Assembly: GCF_021378375.1 (NCBI RefSeq)
Contig: NZ_CP076228.1
Coordinates: forward strand, 660,001 to 692,000
DNA: 32,000 nt
Direction of reading: 5' to 3'
Source of the DNA: Wolbachia endosymbiont of Drosophila innubila
GTDB lineage: Bacteria; Pseudomonadota; Alphaproteobacteria; Rickettsiales; Anaplasmataceae
Shown here: positions 6,886-16,256 of the stretch, one piece after another
How positions within the stretch are numbered: position 1 is the first letter of the stretch
Layout of the letters: each line of letters starts with the position of its first letter
Position numbers and translations under genes: made by a program
The notes under the pieces: generated by a model
The model's database searches: none
Told to the model about the DNA's origin: nothing
Seen by the model: the letters and a program-made list of their open reading frames with translations, nothing else

Positions 6886-8970
6886 ATGCCACAGGAAAAC
6901 GAAAATGTATTTATAGCTGAAAGTCAAAGTTTAGATGTAGATGAACAAAAGAAAAATGATACTTTAAATGTCATTGAATCTTGCAACGATCTTCAGGATT
7001 TTATCAAAAGACTGGAGGAAGAAAATTTAATCTGGTACTTTATTGGTCCTTTACGCAAAGATGAGAACATTACAGGACAGATAAATTTAAAGTGGGAAAA
7101 GGAGTTCCAAAAATTTGAGCAATCAATAGACGCAATGCATAAAGAACTTAAGTCGTCTCTGCCTGGTCAAAATTTCTTAGTGTATCCAACAAAGGATAAT
7201 GACTTCAAAATTAGATTTGAAAATGAAGAAAAACCAATAGAAATTAGCAATATTTTTAGGACCAGCAGTGAAGGTAAGGTTTATAACATATCTTCAGGGA
7301 AAGATAGTCAAATAACTGCAACCAAAAAAGGCAGCGAAAGGCACTATGATTTTACTAGTTCAAGCTCATGTGAAATGACCATTAATTGGCAGGCTAAGGA
7401 TTCTGAAGGTAACAGCATAGACTGTAGCATGACCGTAAAATTGGATTCTGGTGGTATACAGAGTGTTATTGGTGAGCCAAAATTTGGAGGAATAACGAGT
7501 TCAGAAGAAGTATTAAAGTTAGTTGGACAAAATAAAGAAGTTTTTATCAACGGAAAAACTCTGTATCAAGCTTTTACTGGCATATCCAAGAGTGTAGACG
7601 ATCAGCAAGTACCAGCAGAGGAAATATTTACAAAAGATCTACATATATCACCACAGTCACCTACATCAAGCAGCAGTGGGTATTCCTCTCCTAGCACACC
7701 TTCTTCACGTAGAAGTTCTATATCCACCAGCAGTGAATTTAGTGATGAAGATGAAATATTTGAGGATGATATGTCTGGTGATGAAGAAGAGTATGAGCAA
7801 GAAGGATTAAAAGATGAAGTTGAGGAATTAGAGGAAGAAAAAGAAACATTTGCTAAATATTTTGCAGTGCAGGCAAAGCAGCTTGAGGATCTAAGATTAG
7901 AACGTGACTCCTTGAGAGATAAAATCAATGAACAACAGCGAGCGATATTTGAAAGAGGTCAAAGAATAAAGGAACAAGAGGAAGAACTACAGGATAAAAA
8001 TGATGTAATAAAGAACTTAAATGATCAGTTGAAAGATAAGGAAGGTGAAACAAATGAGGCAAATAAAGAATTACAGAGAAAATTGAAGCAAAGTGAAGCT
8101 AATTTAACTGTACTAAAGGAAAAGAATGCAAATTTGGAGAATGACCTGAAGAAAATAGTGGAAGGTTTAAAGGATGATCATAAAAAGCAGTTGGCAGAAC
8201 AGTTAATGGAAACAAAAAAGGAAAACAATACATTGGCTGAAACGGCGAGCCAATTGTCTAAAGAATTAAATGAATTACAGAGAGAAAAGGAAGATTTAGA
8301 GAGGGAAATTCGACAACTTGAACCTGGAAGATCACTTGCAGATGAGCTAAGCGAAGAAAATACGAAGAGGGAAATAGAAAAACTTCAATATCAACTTAAG
8401 GAAAAGGAAGGGATGTTAACGTGTACACAGGAAGAGCTGGCATCTGTCAAAGAGAGTCTAGAGCAACTGCAGAACATATTACAGCAGGAAAAAGGTCAGG
8501 CAACTCAAACTGAAGTTGAATATGAAAGTAGAGGAACAAGCATGCAGCAGCAAGACCAAGGTATACAAGCTGTAAACAACAACTCAAGCAGAACAGCTAG
8601 TGGGTTAAGACAAGAAAACAAAAAATTGACTAGAGACAAACTAACTATATCTGAACAATTAAAACAAAAAATAAGAGAGATTGACGAGTTAAAGAAAAAT
8701 TTAAAGCAACTGCAAGAAGAAAATAAACAACTAAAACAAGAAGTTACCAAAAATGCAGGAGTTGATGCATCATCTTCAACAGGTCAAAAAGAAGCTAAAG
8801 AAGCAAAAGTTATACCGCAAAACATTATGGATTGGCCTGTTCCAATTCCAGATGATAAACCGGAAGAGCAGAAAACTCCATTAGAGCCAATCAAGGTAAA
8901 TACAGAATTATCAGATCCAAAATCAATCCCTGCTGAGGGTCCGGAAAAATCTCCTCCTCTTTCAAAATGA
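6886..8970 (+). CDS. Large uncharacterised protein: N-terminal domain, Ser-rich and acidic linker, long coiled coil
   Basis: ORF 6793..8970; probable start MPQENENVF at 6886 since the outer start overlaps the divergent upstream gene. Contains SPQSPTSSSSGYSSPSTPSSRRSSISTSSEFSDEDEIFEDDMSGDEEEYEQEG then several hundred residues of heptad-like E/K/L/Q. Confidence 0.75.
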   Translation: MPQENENVFIAESQSLDVDEQKKNDTLNVIESCNDLQDFIKRLEEENLIWYFIGPLRKDENITGQINLKWEKEFQKFEQSIDAMHKELKSSLPGQNFLVYPTKDNDFKIRFENEEKPIEISNIFRTSSEGKVYNISSGKDSQITATKKGSERHYDFTSSSSCEMTINWQAKDSEGNSIDCSMTVKLDSGGIQSVIGEPKFGGITSSEEVLKLVGQNKEVFINGKTLYQAFTGISKSVDDQQVPAEEIFTKDLHISPQSPTSSSSGYSSPSTPSSRRSSISTSSEFSDEDEIFEDDMSGDEEEYEQEGLKDEVEELEEEKETFAKYFAVQAKQLEDLRLERDSLRDKINEQQRAIFERGQRIKEQEEELQDKNDVIKNLNDQLKDKEGETNEANKELQRKLKQSEANLTVLKEKNANLENDLKKIVEGLKDDHKKQLAEQLMETKKENNTLAETASQLSKELNELQREKEDLEREIRQLEPGRSLADELSEENTKREIEKLQYQLKEKEGMLTCTQEELASVKESLEQLQNILQQEKGQATQTEVEYESRGTSMQQQDQGIQAVNNNSSRTASGLRQENKKLTRDKLTISEQLKQKIREIDELKKNLKQLQEENKQLKQEVTKNAGVDASSSTGQKEAKEAKVIPQNIMDWPVPIPDDKPEEQKTPLEPIKVNTELSDPKSIPAEGPEKSPPLSK

Positions 8971-9004
8971 TGAGTTTTGCTTCTATAGCTGACCCAAGCA
9001 ACAC

Positions 9005-9180
9005 GTCATCCCGCGATTTATTCGCGTTATCTCAGCCGCTAACACGTAGCGGGATACTTAACCGTCATACCGTGATTTATTCACAGTATCTCTTAGCCAC
9101 TAACAAGCAGCGGGATGACAGCAATCCTACGTCATGCCGCCGCGGTACCTCTAGATCCCGCTAACTAGTAGCAGAATGAC
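9005..9180. repeat. Cluster of three palindromic GTCATnCCGC...AGCGGGATGAC repeats
   Basis: gtcatcccgcgatttattcgcgttatctcagccgctaacacgtagcgggatac; gtcataccgtgatttattcacagtatctc...taacaagcagcgggatgac; gtcatgccgccgcggtacctctagatcccgctaactagtagcagaatgac. Confidence 0.85.
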
Positions 9181-9321
9181 GAATTTTTGTTTTTCAAATT
9201 ATAGCTAAACATACTGTAATTGCTATTGAATGATGGAGAGACATACTCCATTATTTTAGCACGAAGTAACAAATTCAATGAATTGGTTCTTCAAAAATAA
9301 TTTAAACTTTTACAGTAGGTC

Positions 9322-10285
9322 ATGAAATATTATAGCGATCTCATTAAAAGAAACTTTTATAAGTATCGTTGATGAGAAAGGAAAAGTTGTTAAGGAAGAA
9401 GTTGTTGCAAGCGAAAGTAAGGCAATAGCAAATTAGCCAAGGCAAAAAATACGAACCCATAGGAATAGAAAGTGGATAGTTGTCAATATCAATGTGCAAA
9501 GAGTTAAGGAGTTTTGGATTACCAGTAATTTGTGTAGATGCAAGGCATATGGCAGCAGCGTTGTCTGCAAGAATCAATAAGAATGATAAAAACGATGCGA
9601 GGGGTATAGCGCAGATGATGAGAAGTGTTAGTAAAATCAGTTGTCAAATTAAAATAGCGCTTGGAAGCAGAAGACAGCTAATGTGTAGCAAACAGCAGGT
9701 TATTGGAACAATAAGAGGGTTGTTGAAGATACATGGTCGGTAAAGGATCAAAATTTGAAACTTTCGCTTTAAGAATACAAGAGGCAATAAATAATTTGGA
9801 TGAAATCAGTAGGAGTTCAATTGAAGCGTTAGTTTGTAGTTTAGAAGCAATAGAAAAGTCATTAAGAAAGCTTGACAAAATGCTTTCAGAACAAGGTGAA
9901 AAAGACGATGATTGTAAATTGTTAACTACTGTTCCAGGAGTGGGGATTATAGTAGCAATGACGTATAAAGCTGCAATTGATAACCCACATAGGTTTGAGA
10001 AATCTGATACAGTTGGAGCATATATAGGGTTGACACCAAGGCAATATTCTTCTGGAGAAGTTGATCGGCATGGCAGCATATCAAAGATGGGACCAGCGGA
10101 ATGTAGAAGTATGTTATATGAAGCTGCACAAACAATGCTTACAGTTACCAAGAGGACATTTAAATTAAAAAACTGGAGTTGCGAAGAAAAAAGGAATGAA
10201 AAAAGCAATTGTAGCAGTAGCAAGAAAATTAGCTGTAATTATGCATAGGATGTTGGTTGATAAAACAGAATTTTATTATCAATAA
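9322..10285 (+). pseudogene. Second, unrelated IS110-family transposase, multiply frameshifted
   Basis: Fragments ISLKETFISIVDEKGKVVKEEVVASESKAIA / MCKELRSFGLPVICVDARHMAAALSARINKNDKNDARGIAQMMR / LLTTVPGVGIIVAMTYKAAIDNPHRFEKSDTVGAYIGLTPRQYSSGEVDRHGSISKMGPAECRSMLYEAAQTML / VAVARKLAVIMHRMLVDKTEFYYQ. Confidence 0.88.
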
Positions 10286-10600
10286 ACATCAAAAGAGCAT
10301 AGGACAATAATTTTATTGAAAATAAAGATAGCAATGCCGATGGAAGGGACAAGCAAGAACTTAGTTAGACTTCGTGGTAAACATGTTACCGTCCACTTCC
10401 GCCTAACAAGTATAATGCGGCTTGACAAGTTTATTGTCATCTCAGACCGCGGAGAGAACCATATGCTACTTTTCACTTATGTAAAATTACCAAGGATTAT
10501 GGAGAAGATATGCTGTTTTGATTTGTGTGAAAATTATTGTTGACTTATGTGCAATTAGAGAACCTAAGTCACTTTAGCTATAATTCAGAATTGAGAGCTT

Positions 10601-11608
10601 TTAATAACTCTCTAACTCCCACTTAGGTCTTGGTGCAAAATTAAGTGGATCTATATAATTTTTCTGTAACCTTTCAATTCCTGTCCATCCAACCATAATT
10701 GCATTGTCTGTACATAGGTCGTTAGGGGGAAAAAATATGTTTAAGTTTATGTGTTGTTTTAATTTTTCTCTCAAGAAATTATTTGCTGCAACTCCGCCGG
10801 TAATCACAAAGTCATTGATTTTGATATTTAAAGATTCGGCCATAATAATTGCATTACTAACCCTGTCCAGCAGTATGTCACTAATACACTCTTGAAACGA
10901 AGCACATACATCACACACATCTTGCTCGCTCATTTTAAGTTCTTGTACTAAGTTTTTTACTGCTGTTTTAATCCCAGAAAACGAAAAGTTACATCCAGAA
11001 CGTTTTATCATTGCCCTTGGCAGTTTGAATCTTGTGCCATTGCCTTTTTTAGCCAACTTTTCAATTAATGGGCCTCCTGGGTAGCTTAAACCCAGCATCT
11101 TAGCAACTTTATCAAATGCTTCTCCTAGTGAATCATCGAGCGTTTCTCCAAGTTTAATGTATTTACCTACATCCTGTGCAATTAAAAATTGACAGTGACC
11201 ACCTGATATTAGTAGGACTAAAAATGGAAATTTTACCTCATGCAGTAACCTAATAACCAATGCATGCGCTTCTAAGTGATTCACTGCAATGAATGGTTTT
11301 TGTGCTACATGCGCAATTGCTTTAGCCATCATTGTACCAACTATTAATCCACCTATGAGTCCTGGTCCTGATGTTGCTGCAATTGCATTGAGGTCACAAA
11401 AGTTAAGGTTAGATTTTTCCACGGCGCTTTTTATTAGACCACTTAAATGCTCCATATGAGCACGTGAAGCTATTTCAGGGATCACCCCACCACGTTTTTT
11501 GTGTTCTGCTTGGGAGAGAATTTCGTGAGCAAGGACTTGCTTGTCACTATTTACAATCGCTACTGCAGTTTCGTCGCAGCTTGTTTCAACAGCTAAAATG
11601 GTTTTCAT
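10601..11608 (-). CDS. tsaD: tRNA N6-adenosine threonylcarbamoyltransferase TsaD
   Basis: MKTILAVETSCDETAVAIV, HMEHL, GLIGGLIVGTMMAKAIA, NHLEAHALV, LLISGGHCQ, GEAFDKVAKMLGLSYPGGP, GGVAANNFLR; ends PRPKWELE. Confidence 0.96.
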   Translation of the reverse strand: MKTILAVETSCDETAVAIVNSDKQVLAHEILSQAEHKKRGGVIPEIASRAHMEHLSGLIKSAVEKSNLNFCDLNAIAATSGPGLIGGLIVGTMMAKAIAHVAQKPFIAVNHLEAHALVIRLLHEVKFPFLVLLISGGHCQFLIAQDVGKYIKLGETLDDSLGEAFDKVAKMLGLSYPGGPLIEKLAKKGNGTRFKLPRAMIKRSGCNFSFSGIKTAVKNLVQELKMSEQDVCDVCASFQECISDILLDRVSNAIIMAESLNIKINDFVITGGVAANNFLREKLKQHINLNIFFPPNDLCTDNAIMVGWTGIERLQKNYIDPLNFAPRPKWELESY

Positions 11609-11704
11609 GTATATTTAGTTACTGTATTACCAAAACTATACTTTGAAACGCTGTAGAAGTTAACTGCAAAGTTAACTTCTATAGCTAAAAGATTTACCGA
11701 CAAC

Positions 11705-12027
11705 CGTCATTCCGCTACGTGTTAGCTGATGAGATACCGCGCACAACTGTACGAACATTCATTCTTAAAGGTAAACTGCACAGCAAATGGTGTCATTCCA
11801 GTGCTTGACACTGGAATCCAGCCTTGCCGTAATCTCATCAAGAACGTTGTGTTTTAACATAAGATCAGCCACTTTTATGCTCACCAACTTAGTGCCCAAT
11901 CCAAATTCCTGGATTCCAGTGTCAAGCACTGGAATGACACCATCTACTACTCAAATTACCTGCAAATTGCAATGTTCGTACACCAAAAGAATGAATTGCG
12001 GTATGACGGTTCGCGGCGGCATGACGT
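11705..12027. repeat. Composite repeat block with a perfect 34-bp inverted repeat
   Basis: TGGTGTCATTCCAGTGCTTGACACTGGAATCCAG (11788-11821) is the exact reverse complement of 11909-11942. Flanked by GTCAT/CCGC-type palindrome pieces. Confidence 0.9.
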
Positions 12028-12047
12028 AGGAAAACCTGCACTATAAG

Positions 12048-12785
12048 CTAATCATCATCTCCAAATATAGAGCTAATTTTTTTGCCCCCAGGAGAAAATT
12101 TATTAGTCCAACTGCTTTGCACTTTGGTTACGTCTTTAGTGGCAGTTTTATTGCTGTATTCCTTGATTTCCTTATCTATTCTCTCCATCATTTGTGAATC
12201 AAGGTAGCTCTTTTTCCATTGGCCAGTAGCAAGGAACACTTTGTTTAAGTCTTGAGTGCGGATTAAGTATTCTTTATCTTTAGGGTAAACCTCCTGCGCC
12301 CAAGCAAATAGCTCAAAATAGCGTGCAAATAATTCAGATGCACGTGATTTTGCAGTTTGATAAGCCTGTATCTCCTTAAATATAACTTGGCCGATAATTT
12401 TCTGCACAAGAATATTTGCTTGCTTTAGGTTCTGCTCAATATCCTGGTAAACTTTATGGAGAAATTCCTGTTCCAAACTTAAGTTCAGTTCATTTTCAAC
12501 CATGTGTGAAAGTTCATGCACTATAATGTATGGGTTTGACTTCCTCAGTACAATAACATATCTATTTACACTGGAAGACCTGATTGTCTTACACACTCCC
12601 TCTTCCATATCCACTAATCCCTCTTGGTATATTTCAAATGAGAGCCTGTTTTGCTTTATTAGTGATAAAGTGAGGTTTAATGTGTTTCTAAACTTCTCAA
12701 ATTGATAGAGATATTCGACATACCGTATTGCATTTTCACTGCTTCCTACTTGAGTTGCTTGTTTTATTAAATTCCTGATTAGCAT
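12048..12785 (-). CDS. Uncharacterised protein with HELSH zinc-metallopeptidase-like motif
   Basis: Intact 245-codon ORF. YIIVHELSHMVENEL at aa 86-100 and SRASELFARYFELFAWAQ downstream. Confidence 0.7.
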   Translation of the reverse strand: MLIRNLIKQATQVGSSENAIRYVEYLYQFEKFRNTLNLTLSLIKQNRLSFEIYQEGLVDMEEGVCKTIRSSSVNRYVIVLRKSNPYIIVHELSHMVENELNLSLEQEFLHKVYQDIEQNLKQANILVQKIIGQVIFKEIQAYQTAKSRASELFARYFELFAWAQEVYPKDKEYLIRTQDLNKVFLATGQWKKSYLDSQMMERIDKEIKEYSNKTATKDVTKVQSSWTNKFSPGGKKISSIFGDDD

Positions 12786-12892
12786 ACCTTATTATTAAAG
12801 GAATTCTTTTTATACTCAAGAATTGATTGGCTACAAAGTGTTTTTAGGAAGCCTGATTGCATAGCTAAAGTAATTCATGTTTACTGATAACC

Positions 12893-13251
12893 GTCATACC
12901 GCTGCTTGTCAGCGGGATCTATGGTGAGATACCGCGAATGAATCCATAGCTGTACGAACATTCATTTTTGAAGGTAAATTGCACAGCAAATGGTGTCATT
13001 CCAGTGCTCTTTTTTTGTCATCCCAGTCTGGGATCTATTTTGCATGTAACTCCAATTGTGTTTTGGCATAAAACGCGACACTTATTAGACTTATTTGCAA
13101 GCAAAGTTTGCTAGATCCAAGTAGTCAGGACACTGGAATGACACCATAGGGGCACTGCCGTCATAAAGGAACCAGTGTCAGCTACTTGGATGACAGCTAG
13201 CCTAACAACCGTCATCCCGCTGCTTGTTAGCGGGATCTAGAGATACCGCGG
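12893..13251. repeat. Second composite repeat block on the other side of the HELSH gene
   Basis: 59-nt segment 12950..13008 matches 11747..11805 with 3 differences; block ends with gtcatcccgctgcttgttagcgggatctagagataccgcggg. Confidence 0.85.
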
Positions 13252-13313
13252 GGTTGTAAAGTAATTTTTTACATCTAATGCTCGGCCAGTGCCTGCATGA
13301 TACCACGTATTAT

Positions 13314-14450
13314 CTATACCAAGGTGTTCTGCTTGTAGATATTATACCAACAATCCACTATTTTTTTTATGTCTTGTGGTTTAGTTTCTGGACCTATACT
13401 GATTCTAATTGAACACTCTGCTTGCTCTTTTGTTGCCCCCATTGCAAGCAAAACATGGGAAGGCTCAACTTTTCCAGAAGAACATGCGGAGCCATTACTA
13501 ACTGCAATATGATTCAAGTCAAAATGCATAAGCTGCACATCACTCTTTACTCCTGGCATATAAATAAAACTTGTGTTTGGCAGCCTCTTAGAGTTTTTAC
13601 CGAAGATTCTTATGTCACTGGCAAGATTTAATAATTCACACTCTAATTGATCACGTAGCTCCTTTACTTCATCCATTTTTGATAGAAGGTCTGGAATATT
13701 TTGCAGTGCAGCAGAAAGGCCTGCAATCGCAACAATATTTTCCGTACCACCACGAAATCCCTTCTCTTGTCCACCACCTATTATAATAGGTTCTATCGCA
13801 AGTTCTTTATTGAATATTAAAACTCCACTGCCTGCTACACCGCCAAATTTATGGGCGGATAAAGTGAGTAAATCCACTCCTAAATCTTCCATATTAACTT
13901 TAATTTTCCCAACACTTTGAGCAGTGTCAGTGTGGCAAATTGCTCCAAATTTGTGGGCTATTTCAGCTATTTCCTCAATAGGTTGAATAACTCCGGTTTC
14001 GTTATTTGCCATCATAACTGAAACTATTGCTTTGTTTCCTTTAAGTTCGCTTAGAATTTTTTCTAGCTCTAAAAAGTCAACAATGCCCTCCTGATTAACA
14101 GGTATTATATATGGATTACATGCAGAATTAAGAATTGAAGGATGCTCTATAGCTGAAATTATATGCAGGTAGCCTGCTATTCCTCTCATAACAAGGTTAT
14201 TCGCTTCAGTTGCACCAGACGTAAAAACTATTTCTTTATCACTTGAGACGCCAATAGCACCACGTACGTTATCTCTTGCATCCTGAAGAATCTTCCTCGC
14301 TTCTTGTCCTCTTTTATGTAGTGATGATGGATTGAGCGTTTGTTTTAACAAGACCTCAAATATACTTTTTTTTACATTTTCACTAATTGGAGCAGTTGCA
14401 TTGTAATCAGCATATACGCAACCACTATTTTCTAAAGAGAATGGACTCAT
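13314..14450 (-). CDS. Cysteine desulfurase (NifS/IscS-like, class V aminotransferase)
   Basis: VYADYNATAPI, FTSGATEANNL, NNETGVIQPI, CHTDTAQSVGK, SAHKFGG-AGSGVL (PLP lysine), NGSACSSGKVEPSHVL. Confidence 0.93.
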   Translation of the reverse strand: MSPFSLENSGCVYADYNATAPISENVKKSIFEVLLKQTLNPSSLHKRGQEARKILQDARDNVRGAIGVSSDKEIVFTSGATEANNLVMRGIAGYLHIISAIEHPSILNSACNPYIIPVNQEGIVDFLELEKILSELKGNKAIVSVMMANNETGVIQPIEEIAEIAHKFGAICHTDTAQSVGKIKVNMEDLGVDLLTLSAHKFGGVAGSGVLIFNKELAIEPIIIGGGQEKGFRGGTENIVAIAGLSAALQNIPDLLSKMDEVKELRDQLECELLNLASDIRIFGKNSKRLPNTSFIYMPGVKSDVQLMHFDLNHIAVSNGSACSSGKVEPSHVLLAMGATKEQAECSIRISIGPETKPQDIKKIVDCWYNIYKQNTLV

Positions 14451-14605
14451 CTGTCACTTAAATAAGTTTACCATCAACTATAGCCATAACTATGTACGTT
14501 AGCTTTAACACGATAAAAAATTTATTGCAAAAACAGCGAAATTAATACATAATTAATAACTCACGTCATTAATACCTGTCAAGCGGGTTCTTATTAGGGG
14601 TTACC

Positions 14606-15304
14606 ATGGTTGAAGTTTTTTTGAATAATGCAACAAGAAAGATAGAAGGTGAATACCACCAAAGCAAAGATGCCAACGCGCCGGTTGTGCTGGTTTTACA
14701 TCATCATCCTCAATATGGTGGTAATATGGATAGTAAAATTGTACATAGTACATATACGTCTTTTATCGATAACAATTTTTCTGCATTGAAAATTAACTTT
14801 CGTGGTGTGGGAAAATCTACCGGAACTTTTGATAAGGGTATAGGAGAATTAACTGACGCTGCGGTAGCCATTGATTGGCTTCAGGAACATAATCCTAGCA
14901 ATGTTCCAATTTGGATCGCTGGTTTTTCTTTTGGAGCATGGGTGGCTATGCAGCTAACAATGCGCCGCCCTGAGATAGTGGGTTTTATTGCTCTTTCTCT
15001 TCCGGTAACTAAGTACGATTTTTCTTTTCTTTCTCCCTGTCCAGTTTCTGGGCTTATAATACAAAGCAGTAATGATACAATCTCAGAAGAAAGCGATGTA
15101 ACAGAATTAGCAAAAAGGTTGATAAATTCAGTAAGAAGTGATCACATGAAATACTATATAATAGATGATACTAATCACTTTCTAAAGGATAAAGAAGAGG
15201 AAGTGACTCAAATCGTGGACAATTATATAAAACTGCGCTTGAATAGTGCAACTATTTCTTTTCAAAAGGTCAAAAAAGAGGTAAGGGTAAAAGAATATGC
15301 CTAA
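14606..15304 (+). CDS. Alpha/beta hydrolase
   Basis: VVLVLHHHPQYGGNMDSKIV, NFRGVGKSTG, AGFSFGAWVAMQL nucleophile-elbow region, NHFLKDKEEEV. Confidence 0.9.
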   Translation: MVEVFLNNATRKIEGEYHQSKDANAPVVLVLHHHPQYGGNMDSKIVHSTYTSFIDNNFSALKINFRGVGKSTGTFDKGIGELTDAAVAIDWLQEHNPSNVPIWIAGFSFGAWVAMQLTMRRPEIVGFIALSLPVTKYDFSFLSPCPVSGLIIQSSNDTISEESDVTELAKRLINSVRSDHMKYYIIDDTNHFLKDKEEEVTQIVDNYIKLRLNSATISFQKVKKEVRVKEYA

Positions 15305-15356
15305 TCTTTACAAACAAGAGAAATGAGTGTAGTAATATAAATGAAAAGGTTTTGTT

Positions 15357-15521
15357 ATGTTTAAAAAGCTATTATTTTTTGTTTTAGCTGTGTTTATGTT
15401 ATCGGGGTGTTCCCTAAGTAAACAGCGTAAGTTAAAAAGTCCGTGTATAAAAAGCAATGAAAGCATTTCATGCGAGTTGTACTCTGTTAATGATCATTGG
15501 TTAGATAAGTATAAGGCATAG
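15357..15521 (+). CDS. Small lipoprotein (54 aa), not in the supplied ORF track
   Basis: MFKKLLFFVLAVFMLSGCSLSKQRKLKSPCIKSNESISCELYSVNDHWLDKYKA*: signal peptide with an LSGC lipobox. Confidence 0.68.
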   Translation: MFKKLLFFVLAVFMLSGCSLSKQRKLKSPCIKSNESISCELYSVNDHWLDKYKA

Positions 15522-15542
15522 AAATTGTGCTATTTTTCCTAT

Positions 15543-16217
15543 TCACAACTTCACTAATGATCGATCTCTCAATTGGAAAATGCAGTCTGCCTTTTCTGCA
15601 AGGAGATGATTGTGTGTTACTATAAGCATAGAGCTGTTATTTTCCTTTACGTATGAATGTAGCAGTAAAAACACGTTAAAAGAATTTGTTGGATCTAAGT
15701 TTCCTGTTGGCTCATCTGCAAGTAAAAGCTTTGGAGAATTTACAATGCTTCTTGCAATTGCAACTCTCTGCCTTTCCCCACCCGAAACTTCAGATACCAT
15801 GCTACTTGCTTTGTTTTCCAGACCAAATTTTTCCAACATTGCTTGCGAATTTTTTTTTGCTTCAGCTTTGCTTTTTCCTGCAATGAGTTGAGGAAGCATA
15901 ATATTTTCCAACACCGATAACTCTTGTAACAAATAGTGAAATTGATAAACAAAACTAAGAAAATTTCTTCTTACATGAGTTTTATGCTTATTACTGGCTT
16001 GTGTGCAATTTATTCCATCTATCGTAACTATACCTGAAGTTGGCTTGTCCAACAAGCCTGCGATTTGCAATATAGTTGTTTTCCCTGCACCTGAATCGCC
16101 AATCAGCGCTACTACTTGCCCTCTTGTGACACTTAAGTTGATATCCTTTACAACAGCAGAATTGTTCTTGAAGCTTTTATCTACGGAAGTTAGTTCTAGT
16201 GCTACATTACCACCCAT
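15543..16217 (-). CDS. lolD: Lipoprotein-releasing ABC transporter ATP-binding protein LolD
   Basis: GDSGAGKTTILQIAGLLDKPTSG Walker A, FVYQFHYLLQELSVLENIMLPQLI, VSGGERQRVAIARSIVNSPKLLLADEPTGNLD. Confidence 0.92.
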   Translation of the reverse strand: MGGNVALELTSVDKSFKNNSAVVKDINLSVTRGQVVALIGDSGAGKTTILQIAGLLDKPTSGIVTIDGINCTQASNKHKTHVRRNFLSFVYQFHYLLQELSVLENIMLPQLIAGKSKAEAKKNSQAMLEKFGLENKASSMVSEVSGGERQRVAIARSIVNSPKLLLADEPTGNLDPTNSFNVFLLLHSYVKENNSSMLIVTHNHLLAEKADCIFQLRDRSLVKL

Positions 16218-16256
16218 GTTTAAAAAATCCAGAAGGCATCTAAGTTTTAGTAATAA

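Noticed and set aside
7344-8750. Three ORFs (7344, 7602, 8505) antisense to the coiled-coil protein
   Set aside because: Ser/Leu/Phe-rich mirror images of the E/K/S-rich sense protein, typical of antisense translation of biased sequence.
9005-9180. CRISPR array
   Set aside because: Repeats are palindromic, unequal in length and not separated by regular unique spacers; no cas genes are present.
10316-10543. 75-aa ORF between the second IS110 remnant and tsaD
   Set aside because: No family signature, adjacent to decayed IS sequence and probably fortuitous; not reported as a gene.
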